DNA from: Octopus vulgaris
Lineage: Eukaryota
Direction: 5' to 3'
Assembly: GCA_951406725.2 (NCBI GenBank)
Contig: OX597830.1
Location: 52,824,001-52,888,000 of the forward strand
DNA: 64,000 bases
Positions 37,688 to 51,870 of this stretch are shown piece after piece (position 1 is the first letter of the stretch; every line of letters begins with the position of its first letter). The position numbers were made by a program, and so were the translations under genes. Below the pieces are notes generated by a model, which was not told the DNA's origin, did no database searches, and was given only the letters and a program-made list of their open reading frames with translations.

Positions 37688-39388
37688 GAAGTCTAGTCAA
37701 GATCGTTTTACACATACGAATTGTCTACCTTAGACTGAAACCCTACACTGTCAGTACATTTACAGAATATCTAAATACAGTAATTCTTGCACAAAGTAGT
37801 GTAAATCAAGCGATAAACTGAACAAAAACCGTTAATTTTACACAATCGATGGAATTTTTGACAACCTGTGTGTTTAAACACATACATTATATAAACATCT
37901 TTAATGTAGTCATTGATTATGGCCAGTCAGAACGTTAATGCTTTTGCGTCTATTATGCTCTCAGCAATACAGGCAACGCAATAATGTGGCTGGAGCCACA
38001 TTATATATATGTCATCATCATCATTTAACGTCCGCTTTCCATGCTAGCATGGGTTGGACGATTTGACTGAGGACTCCATGCTAGTGGAGTGCTAAGAGCA
38101 CCATCCCAGCATGATCGTTGCCAGGGTCGCTGACTGGATCTCGTGCCAGTGGCACGTAAAATGCACCATTCGAGTATAATTGTTACCAGCATCGCCTTAC
38201 TGGCATGTGAGAGACAACATTCGAGCGAGGTCGTTGCCAGTGCCGCTGGACTGGCTCCTGTGCAGGTGGCACATAAAAAATACCTTTTGAGTGTGGCCAT
38301 TGCCAGTACTGCTTGAATGGCCCTCGTGCTTGTAGCACGTAAAAGCACTCACTACACTCTTGGAGTGGTTGACGTTAGGAAGGACATCCAGCTGTAGAAA
38401 CTCTGCCAGATCAGATTGGAGCCTGGTGCAGCCATCTGGCTCGCCAGTCCTCACTTAAACCGTCCAACAATGCCAGCATGGAAAGCGGACGTTAAACGAT
38501 GATGATATTTAATTCGTCTTTCTCATTAGTATTATAGAAAATAAACTATAGTAATCAAAATGTTATTGGAGTTAGCCATAAAAATCAGAAGTATTTTATA
38601 AAATAATTTCACCAGTACGATCTAGATTTGAAACAGAGCCGGTGTGATCGGCCACCTAGAAATAGCAACCACACTGACCTAAAATTACGCCCTACCATAT
38701 TAAATAAGAAAAGAACATATTACATAATGTTGTCCTAGATAATCCCCAACAAAAAGAGGGGCTTTAATTATATATCCGTGAGATATGAGTTGACTTGGAA
38801 TTCTCACACACATTTTGCTTTTAATTTGTATATGCCCAAGTTATGACAATCATCGTCTCAACAACTGCAGATCGAATATCGATAAAATTTTTATTGAAGA
38901 GTATGAAGAAAAAGAGACACGGTGGAGAACCAGTGATGAGGTCCCAAATGACAGTGATATTGCAAAACAATTATAAAGTAAGAGTAAATAATACAATGCA
39001 TGTGCATTTAATAATTATGACTCTATCAGGTTGCTAAGTGTAAAATCAGCAGATAGTTTAAATAAAACAAGCTACAGTAAATTTCTCTTTCTCCCTCTAA
39101 CTTCTAAATACGTGTTTATTATTACTTCAATTCAATAAGAATAAATCCTTAGACAAGTTCTTTGTCTTGTTCAAAAATAGAAATTTACATGTAAACATTT
39201 AATTTCTTTTGACATCACCGCTTCCCTTAAAAGAAAGACACGATTATATTATCTAAATCTAGAATCATTTCAAAGCTACGTAATAGTTAATGATTTCTGT
39301 GTTGTTAATTTTATATTATTATTATTATATAACAACATTTGGTTAGCAAAGAGAATTTACACAAGTTCCAGTTTCGCGTGAAGGATAC

Positions 39389-39575
39389 AAATTGCAAGAA
39401 CACAGCCACCAATGAGAAACCCTGTCATCAAGTTGCGTCGTTTTAGACTTTTGATACTCTGGGCTCTTTCTTTGTTTATAGACTCCAATTTACGAACGAA
39501 ATATTTCTGCGACTCGCTTAAACTAGCGAATTCCTTCTGCATGTCGACCTTCGGCATTTGTTTGTTCTCCGCCAT
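39389..39575 (-). CDS. COA3: Cytochrome c oxidase assembly factor 3 (CCDC56), exon 1
   Basis: MAENKQMPKVD...KRRNLMTGFLIGGCVLAI matches the COA3 RN..TG..IG..VL.IY motif. Ends in phase 1 at T|gtatcctt. Confidence 0.9.
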
Positions 39576-39597
39576 GTTTGCTGCTACACCGGAAGTG
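39569..39597 (-). promoter_or_regulatory. YY1 and ETS/GABP motifs at the COA3 start
   Basis: CCGCCATGTT (YY1) overlaps the ATG and CCGGAAGTG lies at 39589-39597, in a locally CpG-rich patch. Confidence 0.5.
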
Positions 39598-40949
39598 ATT
39601 TTCGAAAACTCCGCAACCAAAGTCGGAGGCAGCCGCGACCAACTTTTCTATGATTAATAATTATTTTCTATTAGGAGAGCATTGTAGTTCGTTGGAAGCA
39701 TTGTGTATTGTTTGTAAAAAATAATAGATAATAATAATAATAATGATGTGTTTTCAATAGCACAACAATGGACTATAATAACTGTTGTAATTTAATCATT
39801 CATAGTCTGATAGAATATTTCGGAATATAAAACTTCCTTCTTCAGATAATCCTAGTCCCATTTAGATGCATTATAGGAATATTAAATCTCTCCTTCGAAC
39901 TTCATAAGCTCTTTATTTTGGTTGTGACTTAAGAAGGATGAAAAGCCACGATTCAAACTCAGAATTTAAAGGACCGTAACTAATGTCGCAAACTATTTTG
40001 TCCGACGCTCTAACCATTCTGCCAATCAAACACATCGACTTGCTAGAAATAGCAACCAAATCTCCCTCAGATCACACTGTACCATACTTAATAACTACAC
40101 TTGACGGTGTTGCAGACAATAGATATATATTGTTCAGTTTGGTTAGATTTAAAAATTAAATTAAAAATTTAAGGGGGAGATAAGTCAACGTTTTACACCA
40201 TAAACGCTGGCGTTCCTCCTTTTACAACTCTTGCAGTGCCATAATTTCCCATCAGTAACGTCACCGCATGTAGTAAGACCACATGGTGATTACAATTTTC
40301 ACAGGTGCACATATTCATAATTACCCGACTCCGTGTCAACCACTGAAGAATATTGTCTCCAGCTTTTCCTAATTGAATGAAAGTCCTAGATTCCTCTAAG
40401 ATTGATTCGTCCCTTTGCTTCTTTTACTACTTATCTCCCCCTTAATTTTTATTTACTTTTTAATCTAAGCAAACTGAACGATTACTACATATATATACTC
40501 TTTTATTTGCTTCAGTCATTTGACTGTGGCCATGTTGAAGCTCTGCCTTTAGTCAAGCAAGTCAACCCCAGGACTTATTCTTTGTAAGCCTAGTACTTAT
40601 TCTATCAGTCTCTTTTGCCGAACCTCTAAGTTACGGGGATGTAAACATACCACCATCGGTTGTCAAGCAATGTTGGGACACACACACACATACATATATA
40701 TGACGGGCTTCTTTCAGTTTCTATCTACCAAATCCACTTACAAGGCTTTGGTCAGCCCGAGGCTATAGTAGAAGACATCTGCCCAAGGTGCCACGCAGTG
40801 GGACTGAACCTGGAACCATGTGGTTGGTAAACAACCTACTTACCACACAGCCACTCCTACGGCTGTATATATTTATATCCATATCTATATCTATCTATCT
40901 ATCTATCTATCTCTATATATATATATATATGTATGTATGTATATATAGG

Positions 40950-41595
40950 ATAGGATCGTTTGTCCATAAATCCAGAGGAGAGGCAAACTCTAAGATGTAG
41001 AGCAGTTAATATTATAGTGAGGTAGGACGGTTTATGGGGTTACCCTGGGTTTCTCAGTCATAAGAGGTTTAGCTTGGCAGCATATCTTCGGACCCCAAAC
41101 ACTGCTGGCCTGAGACCGCTTTAAAATATGGAGGGAGAAAAGCCTTGGTTTTAATGTGATTATCTCCCTTTGCCATTGTCCATCAATCTTCAGTCACACT
41201 GCCATCTTGCTGTTACCAAGATTGCATGGAAAGTACTCGAGAACCTAGGCCCCTACATAAATGGGATGAAAGGGTGCAAGTTATGCATTAGCGAATGCAC
41301 GTGGATCCTTAAAGACTCGCTCGTACAAGAGGGAATATTGAACTCTGGGACGGAGTGCATTTTAGAAAATTCCTGCTGGCCCTTTGGAATCTGCATGGCT
41401 GCACCACAGCCGGAAACCAGTAGCCAAGGTCAATGGGAGACAATAGTTTACCTTCGTGGTGATTGGTGACTGCAAGATGGCAGCGCAGCTGAAGATCCAT
41501 GGAGAATGGCAGGAGATAATCACCTAGGGTTTTACCCTTAAAAATGAGGCTTTTCCCCCTCCATAGACTGGGTGAAACCGGGCTTAACTGCTAGT
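40950..41595 (+). mobile_element. 5'-truncated PLE end with inverted pLTR
   Basis: WKVLENLGPYINGMKGCKLCISECTWIL...LNSGTE resembles the PLE endonuclease C-terminus. 41127-41218 is an inverted copy of 41463-41565. CTGAAGA..GAAACCGG hammerhead-like motif at 41489-41581. Confidence 0.65.
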
Positions 41596-41849
41596 TATTA
41601 TTATTATTAAGGTGGTGAACTGCCAGAATTGTTAGCACACTGGGCAAAATTCTTAGTGGTACTTCATCCTTCTTAACATTCTAAGTTCAAATTGTGCCAA
41701 GGTCGATTTTCCCTTTCACTCTTTCAAGGTCAAAAAAACAAGTACTGGTTGAGCACTGGGGTTAATGTAATCAACTTACCCCCCACCAAAAAAAAAATTG
41801 CTGACCTTGTGCCAAAATTTGAAACCATTATTATCATTATTATTATTAC

Positions 41850-41904
<55 letters not shown>

Positions 41905-42160
41905 ATCAAGTAAAAGAGCAGTGTAGCCCATCCTAAAAAGTATCTGAATATGGATTGTTTAAATATGATGATCAAAACTCCCTGGTTTCCAGAGTGTGAG
42001 TATTTTGAATTTCCCTCAAAATTAAGTTAAGAAACTTACATACATACCTACAGTTTTTGAACACATAAACAATCAACTTTAAAATCTTTAATAACTACAA
42101 CTTCTGTGAATACCTATCCTTTCCTTTCTCCCTGAGTATTCGGAAACGTAAACATCCTCT

Positions 42161-42236
42161 TTATTCCAAGAACACTACAGTTTCGTCTGTTTGGACAGAC
42201 AAAAGATCACCTCCAGTAAATTTTGAAACCTTAAAT
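42161..42236 (-). CDS. Candidate terminal exon of an unidentified gene
   Basis: ttatag|A TTT AAG... gives (R)FKVSKFTGGDLLSVQTDETVVFLE*. Phase 2 matches the exon at 43315-43394. Confidence 0.45.
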
Positions 42237-42267
42237 CTATAATTCTCTGTAAAAGTTAAATCTATAA

Positions 42268-42509
<242 letters not shown>

Positions 42510-43224
42510 GGGCAGTGAACTGGCAGAATTATTAGCACACCAGGTGAAATGCTTAGTGGCATTTCGTCTGTTTTTACATTCTGAGTTCAAAAGTACACCA
42601 TTGTCAACTTTGCCTTTCATCATTTTGGGGTCAATAAAATAGGTACCAGTTGAGCACTGGCGTCAATGTAATCAATTTATCCCCTTCACTAAAAATTGTA
42701 CCTAAATTTGAAATACACACACACACAGATGGAATGGTCTTGGATGTAACACAATTCATAAAACTGCTCGACCAATACCCAATACTAATTATAACAACAA
42801 CAACAATAACAGAAGATACCTCTTATGTGATGATGTAGTCAGCTAGAAATAGCAGTCAATTTCCCTCCAATCACCAACTGGCTCCACCCTCTAACCAACA
42901 GGTAAGATGTCACCACCTTCTGACCAACAAGTTTGATGTCACCCTTCTGACCAACAGGTGTGGCATCACTACTCTCTCAAAGCAAGATAGGTATTTAGTA
43001 TACCTGTATTCACCTTCATTGTCCAAATTCATGCTACTGACCTTTGTTATTTCTCTTAACTCATTTATGTGTGTGTGTATGTGTGAGTATGTGATGTGTG
43101 TGTGTGTGTGTGTGTGAATGAGTGTATGTGTGTGCATGTGAGTGTGTGATGTGTGTGTGTGTGTGTGTGTGCATGTGCGTGTGAGTATGTGATATGTGTG
43201 TGCATGTGCGTGTGAGTGTGTGAT

Positions 43225-43268
<44 letters not shown>

Positions 43269-43314
43269 TATATGTTGCTATTGGCTTGCCAGTGAAAGAA
43301 CAATGAGGTTATAC

Positions 43315-43394
43315 CTGATTATTCTTGGTTGCAACATTCCAAATTCTTGTGATGTTAGTTGTTTACCAGAAGTAAATCTTACCGTTCCTACTTC
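43315..43394 (-). CDS. Candidate exon of an unidentified gene
   Basis: Pyrimidine-rich acceptor ...ctaaag|, EVGTVRFTSGKQLTSQEFGMLQPRII, donor AG|gtataa. A unique-sequence island among microsatellites. Confidence 0.45.
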
Positions 43395-44004
43395 CTTTAG
43401 TGTTAAAATATATAACAGACAGAGAAAAGAGGAAGAAAGGGGAAGAGAGGAGAGAGAGAGGGAAATGCAGTTTACTGCTGCTGCTGGTGGTGGTGGTGGT
43501 GGAAGTGTTGCAGGGATGTTACATAATTAATAAGTGCTTAATTAGTGTGCAGTACTGAGTGTAGTGGCCTTAACAGGGTGCAGTCCATACAAATAAATGC
43601 AGAAGGAGAAAGAGAAGGAAGAGGAGAAGGAACTGTGGCAACTGAACTCTGATTCCTCAAGAGGAAAAAAGGTTAAAAACTATAACCACCACCACCACCA
43701 ACAACAACCACCACCAATGTACAAGTCTCTACCTGGTCATTTGACCAGCTAAAAATTGCAGCTATCTCCCCCAAATCACAATCTACTGCCACCTTAACAA
43801 AATAGGGATAGACATAACAGAACCAAAGTATGCAATACTTTGAAGTAAGATGAGATGGTCATTTCTGGAATACCTTTGATTGTAGGTCTGCTCAATCAGG
43901 GCTGATTTTGAGCTAAACCACAACAACATTTATGATCACTCAACCTGCTAGAAATAGCAGTCAAATGATCATGAAATGACCATACCCTAAATGAGGCATA
44001 CGTT

Positions 44005-44410
44005 GCTAGTGGAGCGCTAAGAGTACCATACGAGTGAGATCGTTGCCAGAGCAACAAGTTGGCCTTCGTGCCGATGGCACGTTAAACACACCATCCGAGT
44101 GTGATCGTTACCGCGTTGCCTTACTAGCACTTGTGCTGGTGGCACGTGAAACATTCGAGCGAGGTCGTCGCCAGTGCTGCTGGACTGACTCCTGTGCAGG
44201 TGGCACATAAAAAGCACCATTTGGGTGTGGCCGTTGCCAGTACCACCAAACTGGCACGTAAAAGCACCCAATACACTCTTAGAGTGGTTGGCGTTAGGAA
44301 GGGCATCCAGCTGTAGAAACTCTGCCAGATCAGACTGGAGTCTGGTTTGGCAGACCTCAGTCAAATCGTCCAACTCATGCTAGCATGGAAAGCGGACGTT
44401 AAATGATGAT
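44005..44410 (+). mobile_element. RTE-tail short element with internal ~60-bp tandem units (others at 1168-1484, 38012-38506, 48067-48627(-), 52543-53115)
   Basis: Repeated GGCACGTAAAAAGCACC.TTCGAG.G.G.TCGTTGCCAG units, then the shared tail CCATGCTAGCATGGAAAGCGGACGTTAAA(TGA)n. Confidence 0.75.
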
Positions 44411-44754
44411 GAATATTATATAATATAGATCTACATTTTTAAAAAAGTGTGATAGTCATGGCTTGGGCACCTTTAAACATAAGGTGCTTCAGCCAGGGAT
44501 GAGTTTGGACTAAACAGCAATTACAACAACTTGAACAGCATCAACAACAACAGTACCAATAGTAGTAACCACAACAATAACAATAAGCATGAACAACAAT
44601 AAGATCAATAACAGTAGCAACAACAGCAACAACAATAACAGCATCACCAACAGTATAAATGAACAACAGCACAAACAACAGTAACATCATCAACAACAAC
44701 AACAACAACAACACAGGTGAGTGAGTGTCTTGAATACATGTACCATGGTCTCAC

Positions 44755-44816
44755 AATTTTTTTAGATGTTAATGCAACCACAAGCAAAGACACCTTCTTA
44801 GTATCCTGCCCCTGAT
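44755..44816 (-). CDS. Candidate exon of an unidentified gene
   Basis: cactag|AT CAG... (D)QGQDTKKVSLLVVALTSKKI|gtgaga. Phase-compatible with both neighbours. Confidence 0.38.
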
Positions 44817-44857
44817 CTAGTGGCACATTCAAGATGTGATATCCAAAGGGAGTGAGT

Positions 44858-44905
<48 letters not shown>

Positions 44906-45954
44906 TGCACTAACAACCAGCTGATACATATTTACAGCTGAGTAAACTGAGCCAATGTGAAATGAAGTGCCTTGCTCAAGGACCCAATTCAGGACATTAT
45001 GATTGTACTTCAAACACTTTAAATATTCAGCCATGCTATGTCACAAGCACGTACGTATATTAGCTGACATTTCTTCATTGTTGAGAATGTTCCAAAGGTT
45101 TATGGACCTCTGAGACCATTTGCTAGTGTGTGAGTTGCAAGTTCAATCCCCACAAGTCCCTTGATTCATGGCACAGCTGGGTAAAAATGACAGTCTGTCA
45201 TAGTTCACCATGGACAAAGGACAAAGACCCCCATGGTTCATGAATGACCAAGGGATTGCACCTAGAAAGTTCCCTTCCAAGGCACAAGTCCGGGCAAGGT
45301 TGTTTCTGGAAGACCAGTAGTCACCCATGCATATCAGCCTCCCCTCTTAATACCTATTTCTTTACTACCCACAAGGGGCTAAATACAGAGAGGACAAACA
45401 AGGACAGACAAACGGATTAAGTCGATTATATCGACCCCAGTGCGTAACTGGTACTTATTTAATCGACCCCGAAAGGATGAAAGGCAAAGTCGACCTCGGC
45501 GGAATTTGAACGTAGAATGTAACGGCAGACGAAATACCGCTAAGCATTTCGCCTGGTGTGCTAACGTTTCTGCCAGCTCCCCTCTCCATACCATTGATGT
45601 TATCTGAGGGAATGGCAAGGGCTGATATAACTTGGCACCAGTGACGTTGCAACTCATTTCTACAGCTGAGTGAACTAGAACAACATGAAATAAAGTGTCT
45701 TGCTTGAGAACACAACACAGCCTGGTCCAAGAATCGAACTTACTACCTCATGATTGTGAGCCTGATACCTAACCACTGAGCCATGCACCTCCACCATGAC
45801 ACCATCTTAGTGCATAAAAGGTAATGACACACCCAGTGGTGAGAACTAAATGCCTACATAGAATTTGAACTTAGAATGTGAAGAACCAGGACAATAGAAT
45901 AGATAACACAAATTACCTCATCCAATGCACTAACAATTCTGCCAATCCACATCC

Positions 45955-46053
45955 CTGGACTCATATCCATTGGCCTGGACTCATATCCACTACCCAGGAC
46001 TTATATTTACTTCTCTGAACGTGTATCTACTGCTCTGGACTCATATCCACTGT
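45955..46053 (+). repeat. ~20-bp tandem repeat, 5 copies
   Basis: CTGGACTCATATCCAC/T units. Confidence 0.75.
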
Positions 46054-46583
46054 CCTCATTTTCTTTCCCTATTTATTGAGCCCCAAAATGATGGAAAGCA
46101 AAATTGATCATTGCAGGATTTGAACTCAAAGCACAATGAATCAGAACAAATGCCATACAGTATTTTATCTGGCACTCTACTAACTCTGCCAATTTGCCAA
46201 AAAAAAAAAAAAAAGGTACAAAATGTCCAACTAACTATCCCTTGCAAGTGGGTATGGCTCTCATTATTGCTTTAGCAGTCTTAGTCTTGGGCAGACACAG
46301 GTACTCCGTTGATCCAGTGGAGCCTTCAGGATGTAACAGCTGGAATGAGAGAGTGGGGGAGGAGGATTGCACTTGTACTTGTCTGCGGCTCATTTTCAGC
46401 CAGAATAGACTGGAGTAAGGTGAAACAAAGTGCTTTGCCAAAGATACAATGTACCAACTGGTCTGAGAATTGAACCAACATTCTAACCCTTGGACCAAGA
46501 GCTGAATACCCTCACCACTAGGCCATAAATGAAACAAGAAAAACAATACAAATGACAACAATAACACCTACTACTTGATATAC

Positions 46584-46626
46584 CTGAAACTGTAGAACTG
46601 TGGACAATACTAAATTGTTTGGTTGA
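46584..46626 (-). CDS. Candidate exon of an unidentified gene
   Basis: atgtag|STKQFSIVHSSTVS G|gtatat. The phase-1 end fits 44816, but the acceptor is weak. Confidence 0.3.
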
Positions 46627-47230
46627 CTACATTCATGCTCAGTCAAGTATGACATGGACAACAACAATAACAACAAGAACAATGTCGCCTACAAATGACA
46701 CTAAAAAATATATTTTCAAATTGAAAGTGTCTGTAAAGTGCTGGTAGGTGGCCACTTGGTACCAACAAAAGCAAAATTTCAGGTTTGGGTTGGGAAAATT
46801 TTGGAGATAATGCAAATTCAAAGTTTCTCCCAAACAAATGATATTATGACTCAAAATATTAAAAAAAACTCAGTGTTGGGTCCTTTTAAGTGTTCAAAGG
46901 AACAGAAAGCATTAATTTGACTGGAAATCTCTGTTCAATTCAACCATGACTCAATGTCTTTGATAACATAACAGTCGAGCCTCAACAAACAGATTCTATT
47001 TTACTCCCAAAATAGCTATTGATATCAAGTATCACTGCTATTTTAGACTGGGTGTAGCAGTAGTGGCGATGGTGGTGGTTGAAATGGTTGTAGTAGTAGT
47101 AGTGGTGGTGGTGGTGGTGGTAGTAGTAGTAGTAGTGCTGGTGGTAGTGCAGTTGGTGCAAATTTATGGACCATCAAACTAAAACCTTCATGATAGCTAG
47201 TTTTGTTTGAGAAATGAAGAGAGAGAGAGT

Positions 47231-47267
<37 letters not shown>

Positions 47268-48869
47268 TGTGCTTGAAGGTAGATGTTGGTAGAAGTTTGC
47301 AGTGCATATTTTTATCCAAGGCCATTGTAATGAATCCAGAGTAAACACCAAATACTTCAATCCTCAGTGCATCCGTCCACTTTAAGTGTCTTCTGCTATA
47401 AACTCCAGGCTGAACAAGGTTTTGTCAGTGGATTTTGAAAGGGCAGAAACTGAAAGAATCCCGCCACATTCGTGCATATGTGTGTGTGTGTGTGTGTGTG
47501 TGCATGAGTGCATGTGTGTGTATGCATGCATATGTATATACATCACCGTGATCACCGTGACCGACCAGGCTATCAGATGTTGCTACACATCGCTGGCCAC
47601 AATGCGTTTCGCATTGTTTTAGCCTTCAAATGACGCCACCCCGCTGGCTAAGGAAGCAGGCCAATGTATATACATACATATCTATATTTACACACACACA
47701 TGCATGCACAAATACACACTCACATATACGCACAAATCAAAAATGGAAGATGGACAAGCGAAGCATTTTGTGTTACTCAAAGCTATTTACTTCCTAATAA
47801 AGAGTACAAATAAAGTATAAATAAAGTTATGGTAGTAATGCCAATTGCTTTGTTTGTCCATCTCCCATTTTGTATCTGTTTACTCCCACTGGATCAGATA
47901 CCACTTCTAACCACCCTGGGTAGGCAATTTCATCATCTCATTTCCATTTGTACTTCAAGCCAGCATTTTAGTGGTAAACTGATCTGAACACTCATTGTAC
48001 ATACCTATTAATATATGTCAATCAATGTATACACCTTGCATTTCCTCTCTGTCTCTCTCTCTATATCATCATCATCATCATCATTATCGTTTAACGTCCG
48101 CTTTCCATGCTAGCATGGGTTGGACGATTTTGACTGAGGACTGGCGAACCTGATGGCTGCACCAGGCTCCAATCTTGATCTGGCAGAGTTTCTACAGCTG
48201 GATGCTTTTCCTAACACCAACCACTCTGAGAGTGTACTGGGTGCTTTTTATGTGCCACTGGCATGGGGGCCAGTCAGGTGGTACTGGCAAGCGACCTTGC
48301 TCGAATCTTTTTACACATGCCACCGGCACAGGTGCCAGTAAGGTGACGTTGGTAATGATCACGCTCGAATGGCACCCTTTTATGTGTCACGGCACAGGAG
48401 CCAGCCAAGCAGTACTGGCAGTGACCTCACTTGAATCTTTTTACACATGCCACCGGCACAGGTGCCAGTAAAGCGACGTTGGTAACGATCAAGCTCGAAT
48501 GGTGCCCTTTTACGTGCCACCGGCATGGAAGCCAGTTGGCTGCTCTGGCAATGATCATGCTCGAATGGTGCTCTTGGCACCCTACTAGCATGGGCACAAG
48601 TGCCAGTAAAGCGACGCTGGTAATGATCTATATATATATATGTATATACATACATACCCTACTCTACTGTCCTCCATTGTATATTTGTCATCCCGGTACA
48701 CTCTTTCTGCATTCATTATATTCACCCTTTCACCTGTTCCCTATCTCCAACTGTCTTTCACTCTCCAACGTTTGCAACTTCTTCCTACCCATGCTCCATG
48801 TTCTACTGCTCCCACTTACTTCTATCCATCTTCACTACTTTATCTCTTCCCTTCTCCATCCTGGTTACT

Positions 48870-48940
<71 letters not shown>

Positions 48941-49990
48941 AATTATTGTATACAGTGCTCAGGTGCACTACAACTTGTCAAAAAAAAATCTGACTCCTCT
49001 CTTCAATAATGCAAGTAGTTATATAGTTATAAGAAGATCCACCCATGTGACTTAACCTCACTCAAATCAGAGTTAAGTTTGAAGCAGATGGAACTGTTCA
49101 GAATGTCTACAAGAAATGTTCAATGACCAAGGACATTGACAAACCCCACAAAACAAGAAATTGTAGTATAAATGTATTGCGAGAGTTCAAGAAAATCTAC
49201 GTGGCAAGCAAGTGGTTAGGTAGGAATTTCAAAATCAAACATCCTTTGCATTTTAAAGTGCAGCCATTGGAAAAGTTACATTCCAAGAAGATGATCCAGG
49301 CTGAAGAGTGAAGTTTTGTAAGTGGTATTTGGCAAGAAATGGAGAAGATGCTCACCTCCCAACAGAGACTCAATTACCCACCAAACTTGTAACTAATGGG
49401 GTCCTAAGAATCTGCACATTACAGACAAATGTCATATTTTTTTAGCTGTAGTTACAGTATAATGTAGCTGGTCATCAAAAGGGTTGTAGTGATGCTACTG
49501 TGTAAGGTTCAGCGCGCATGCGCAGAATGGGATTACTTCCGGGTGGCCACCGGAAGTCTTCCCATGCGCATGTGCGGGAAACTGACCCCTAAAACCACAG
49601 TCCACTCACTCACTCTCTCTGGCACTTTCAGCCCTCGTGAACAGACGTGCATTTGGTAGTCTCTGAGAACTCTACACCGGCTTAGCAACGGACCACATCG
49701 AATCACTTCAATCAACCAACAAGAAGCAGTACAAAGATTCGGCTGTCGTTTCCCCTCAGAAATACATACACCATCACGAGTAATAAACAACATTTGCTGT
49801 CTTTCCCAGATAACCTGACTTCGTCTGTTATATCTAACTAAATTGAATGTGACGGGATCAGATCGGACACCCCTTCAGTGATACCGATTCCAGATCCTGT
49901 TACAGGGGTAATTAGTTCATTTTGTTTAGATGGCACTGTGACCAGTCCCATTATTTGAACTTTGCTCTAAGAATCTGTTGTGCCAAGCAT
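48870..49990 (-). mobile_element. Decayed CR1/L2-like LINE 3' end with (TTA)n tail
   Basis: 48945-48975 is the reverse complement of the LINE 3' end at 62540-62568, adjacent to an (AAT)n tract. Confidence 0.65.
49485..49904 (+). mobile_element. Solo LTR, same family as 9992-10416
   Basis: Same start TGTAGTGATGCTACTGTG and similar end GATCC..GTTACA. Imperfect TSD AGGGT/GGGGT. Inserted in a decayed LINE. Confidence 0.78.
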
Positions 49991-50089
49991 TCAAGAGGAT
50001 TTTGAAGATGTAGTGTTATATTTCCAACAACCAGACAGGACACTTCCATTCCACCATAGTAATGTAAAGGCCTACCTTGATGAGATTTT

Positions 50090-50330
50090 AGCATACAGGT
50101 GGATTGGATGAAGAGGTTCAGTAGAATAGCTTCCTCATTCACTGGATCTCACATCACTGGACATTTTTATTGGGATATAAAGAATGTGCACACTAATCAA
50201 AGTATACAGTATTATAAATGCATCCCAGCCAATATTACCAATCAATTTTGCACCAGGCAATAGATAACCAGATCAAATGAAATGGATCTATAATACTCTT
50301 TCTTTTGATTAATATACCAATTCTATCAAT
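50090..50330 (+). mobile_element. IS630/Tc1-like transposase remnant
   Basis: WIG.RGSVE..PHSLDLTSLD.F resembles the WIGR.G...WPPRSPDL motif. Confidence 0.45.
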
Positions 50331-50692
50331 AAATATATGAGTATACTTTTTTTACAAACTATGGATTCTTAGAATACTATATATATTCATAATACACACA
50401 CATACTCATGCACATGCCCACACGCACACACATGCACAACACACAAACACATGCACATACACACACACACTCACAAACACTAATATTGTATGCTTTTTAA
50501 AGTTTGTGCAAAGAAGACTAACCAGTTTATTATTAAAACAGTCTATTTAGCACTTGAAATAATCTGTTTAATACAAATACTGCAGCCAACACTGTAATAT
50601 TACTTTGTCAATTCTACTCAAAGAAACCTTTACTCTTTCTTCTTTCAGTTATTGTTCCTTCCTTCTTTCCTTCTCTCTCTCTTTCTCAGCTC

Positions 50693-50800
<108 letters not shown>

Positions 50801-51417
50801 CTCTTTCTTTCTTTCTTTCTTCCTGACTGACATTGACGATGACGACATTGATAATAACAATTACGTCAACAACATAGATGATGACAATGATGACAGCAAT
50901 GATGACAGTGGTAGTTGTGAGAAGACCAATGATGATGATGCTAGTGGCAATGATAATGATGAAAACAACAGCAATGGTGGTGGTGGTGGTGGTGGTGGTG
51001 GTGTTGGTGGTGTTGGTGAAAATAAAGATACTGATGAAGTCAACAGTGTGTTAGCTAGGGCCAGAACTCTTTTGGTCTCAGGTCTACTGGTTCACGGTTG
51101 ACCCGGGGCTAAACAACTATAACATCAATCCATCTTTTGCAAGGTTTATCCCATTTCAATGCAGCATCCACTTGTTCCGACTGATATGTCATATCCCCTG
51201 GCATTAATTCCACCACATTTTGTCATTTTTGCAGGGCAGCTGATCCCAAAGAAGAACCAACCTCAGTAATTGGACAAGTGCTTTATTTATCAGACCCAGG
51301 GAGGATAAAGGCAAAGTTGATCTTGGCAAGAAACGAACTCTGTATCTGACTTACAGGAAATTGTACATTCATTCCATTTCTTAATGTAACGTTACTCCAT
51401 ATATATATATCTATAAA

Positions 51418-51772
<355 letters not shown>

Positions 51773-51870
51773 TTGATAAAAAGGGTAAGACAACAAAAGA
51801 ATGAAAAAAACCTCGATATTATGTAAATAGAGGAATTTATCTGTAAATGTGGCAATTATTCAGTAGCCAT

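Larger units (their letters stand above)
32875..39388 (-). other. U12-type (minor spliceosome) GT-AG intron of COA3
   Basis: 5' site GTATCCTT, branch site CCTTAAC (32884-32890) 9 nt before the exon, and no polypyrimidine tract between branch site and AG. Confidence 0.88.

Noticed and set aside
44010-44270. CRISPR-like repeat/spacer pattern
   Set aside because: The spacers are homologous to each other, the context is a eukaryotic retroelement, and there are no cas genes.
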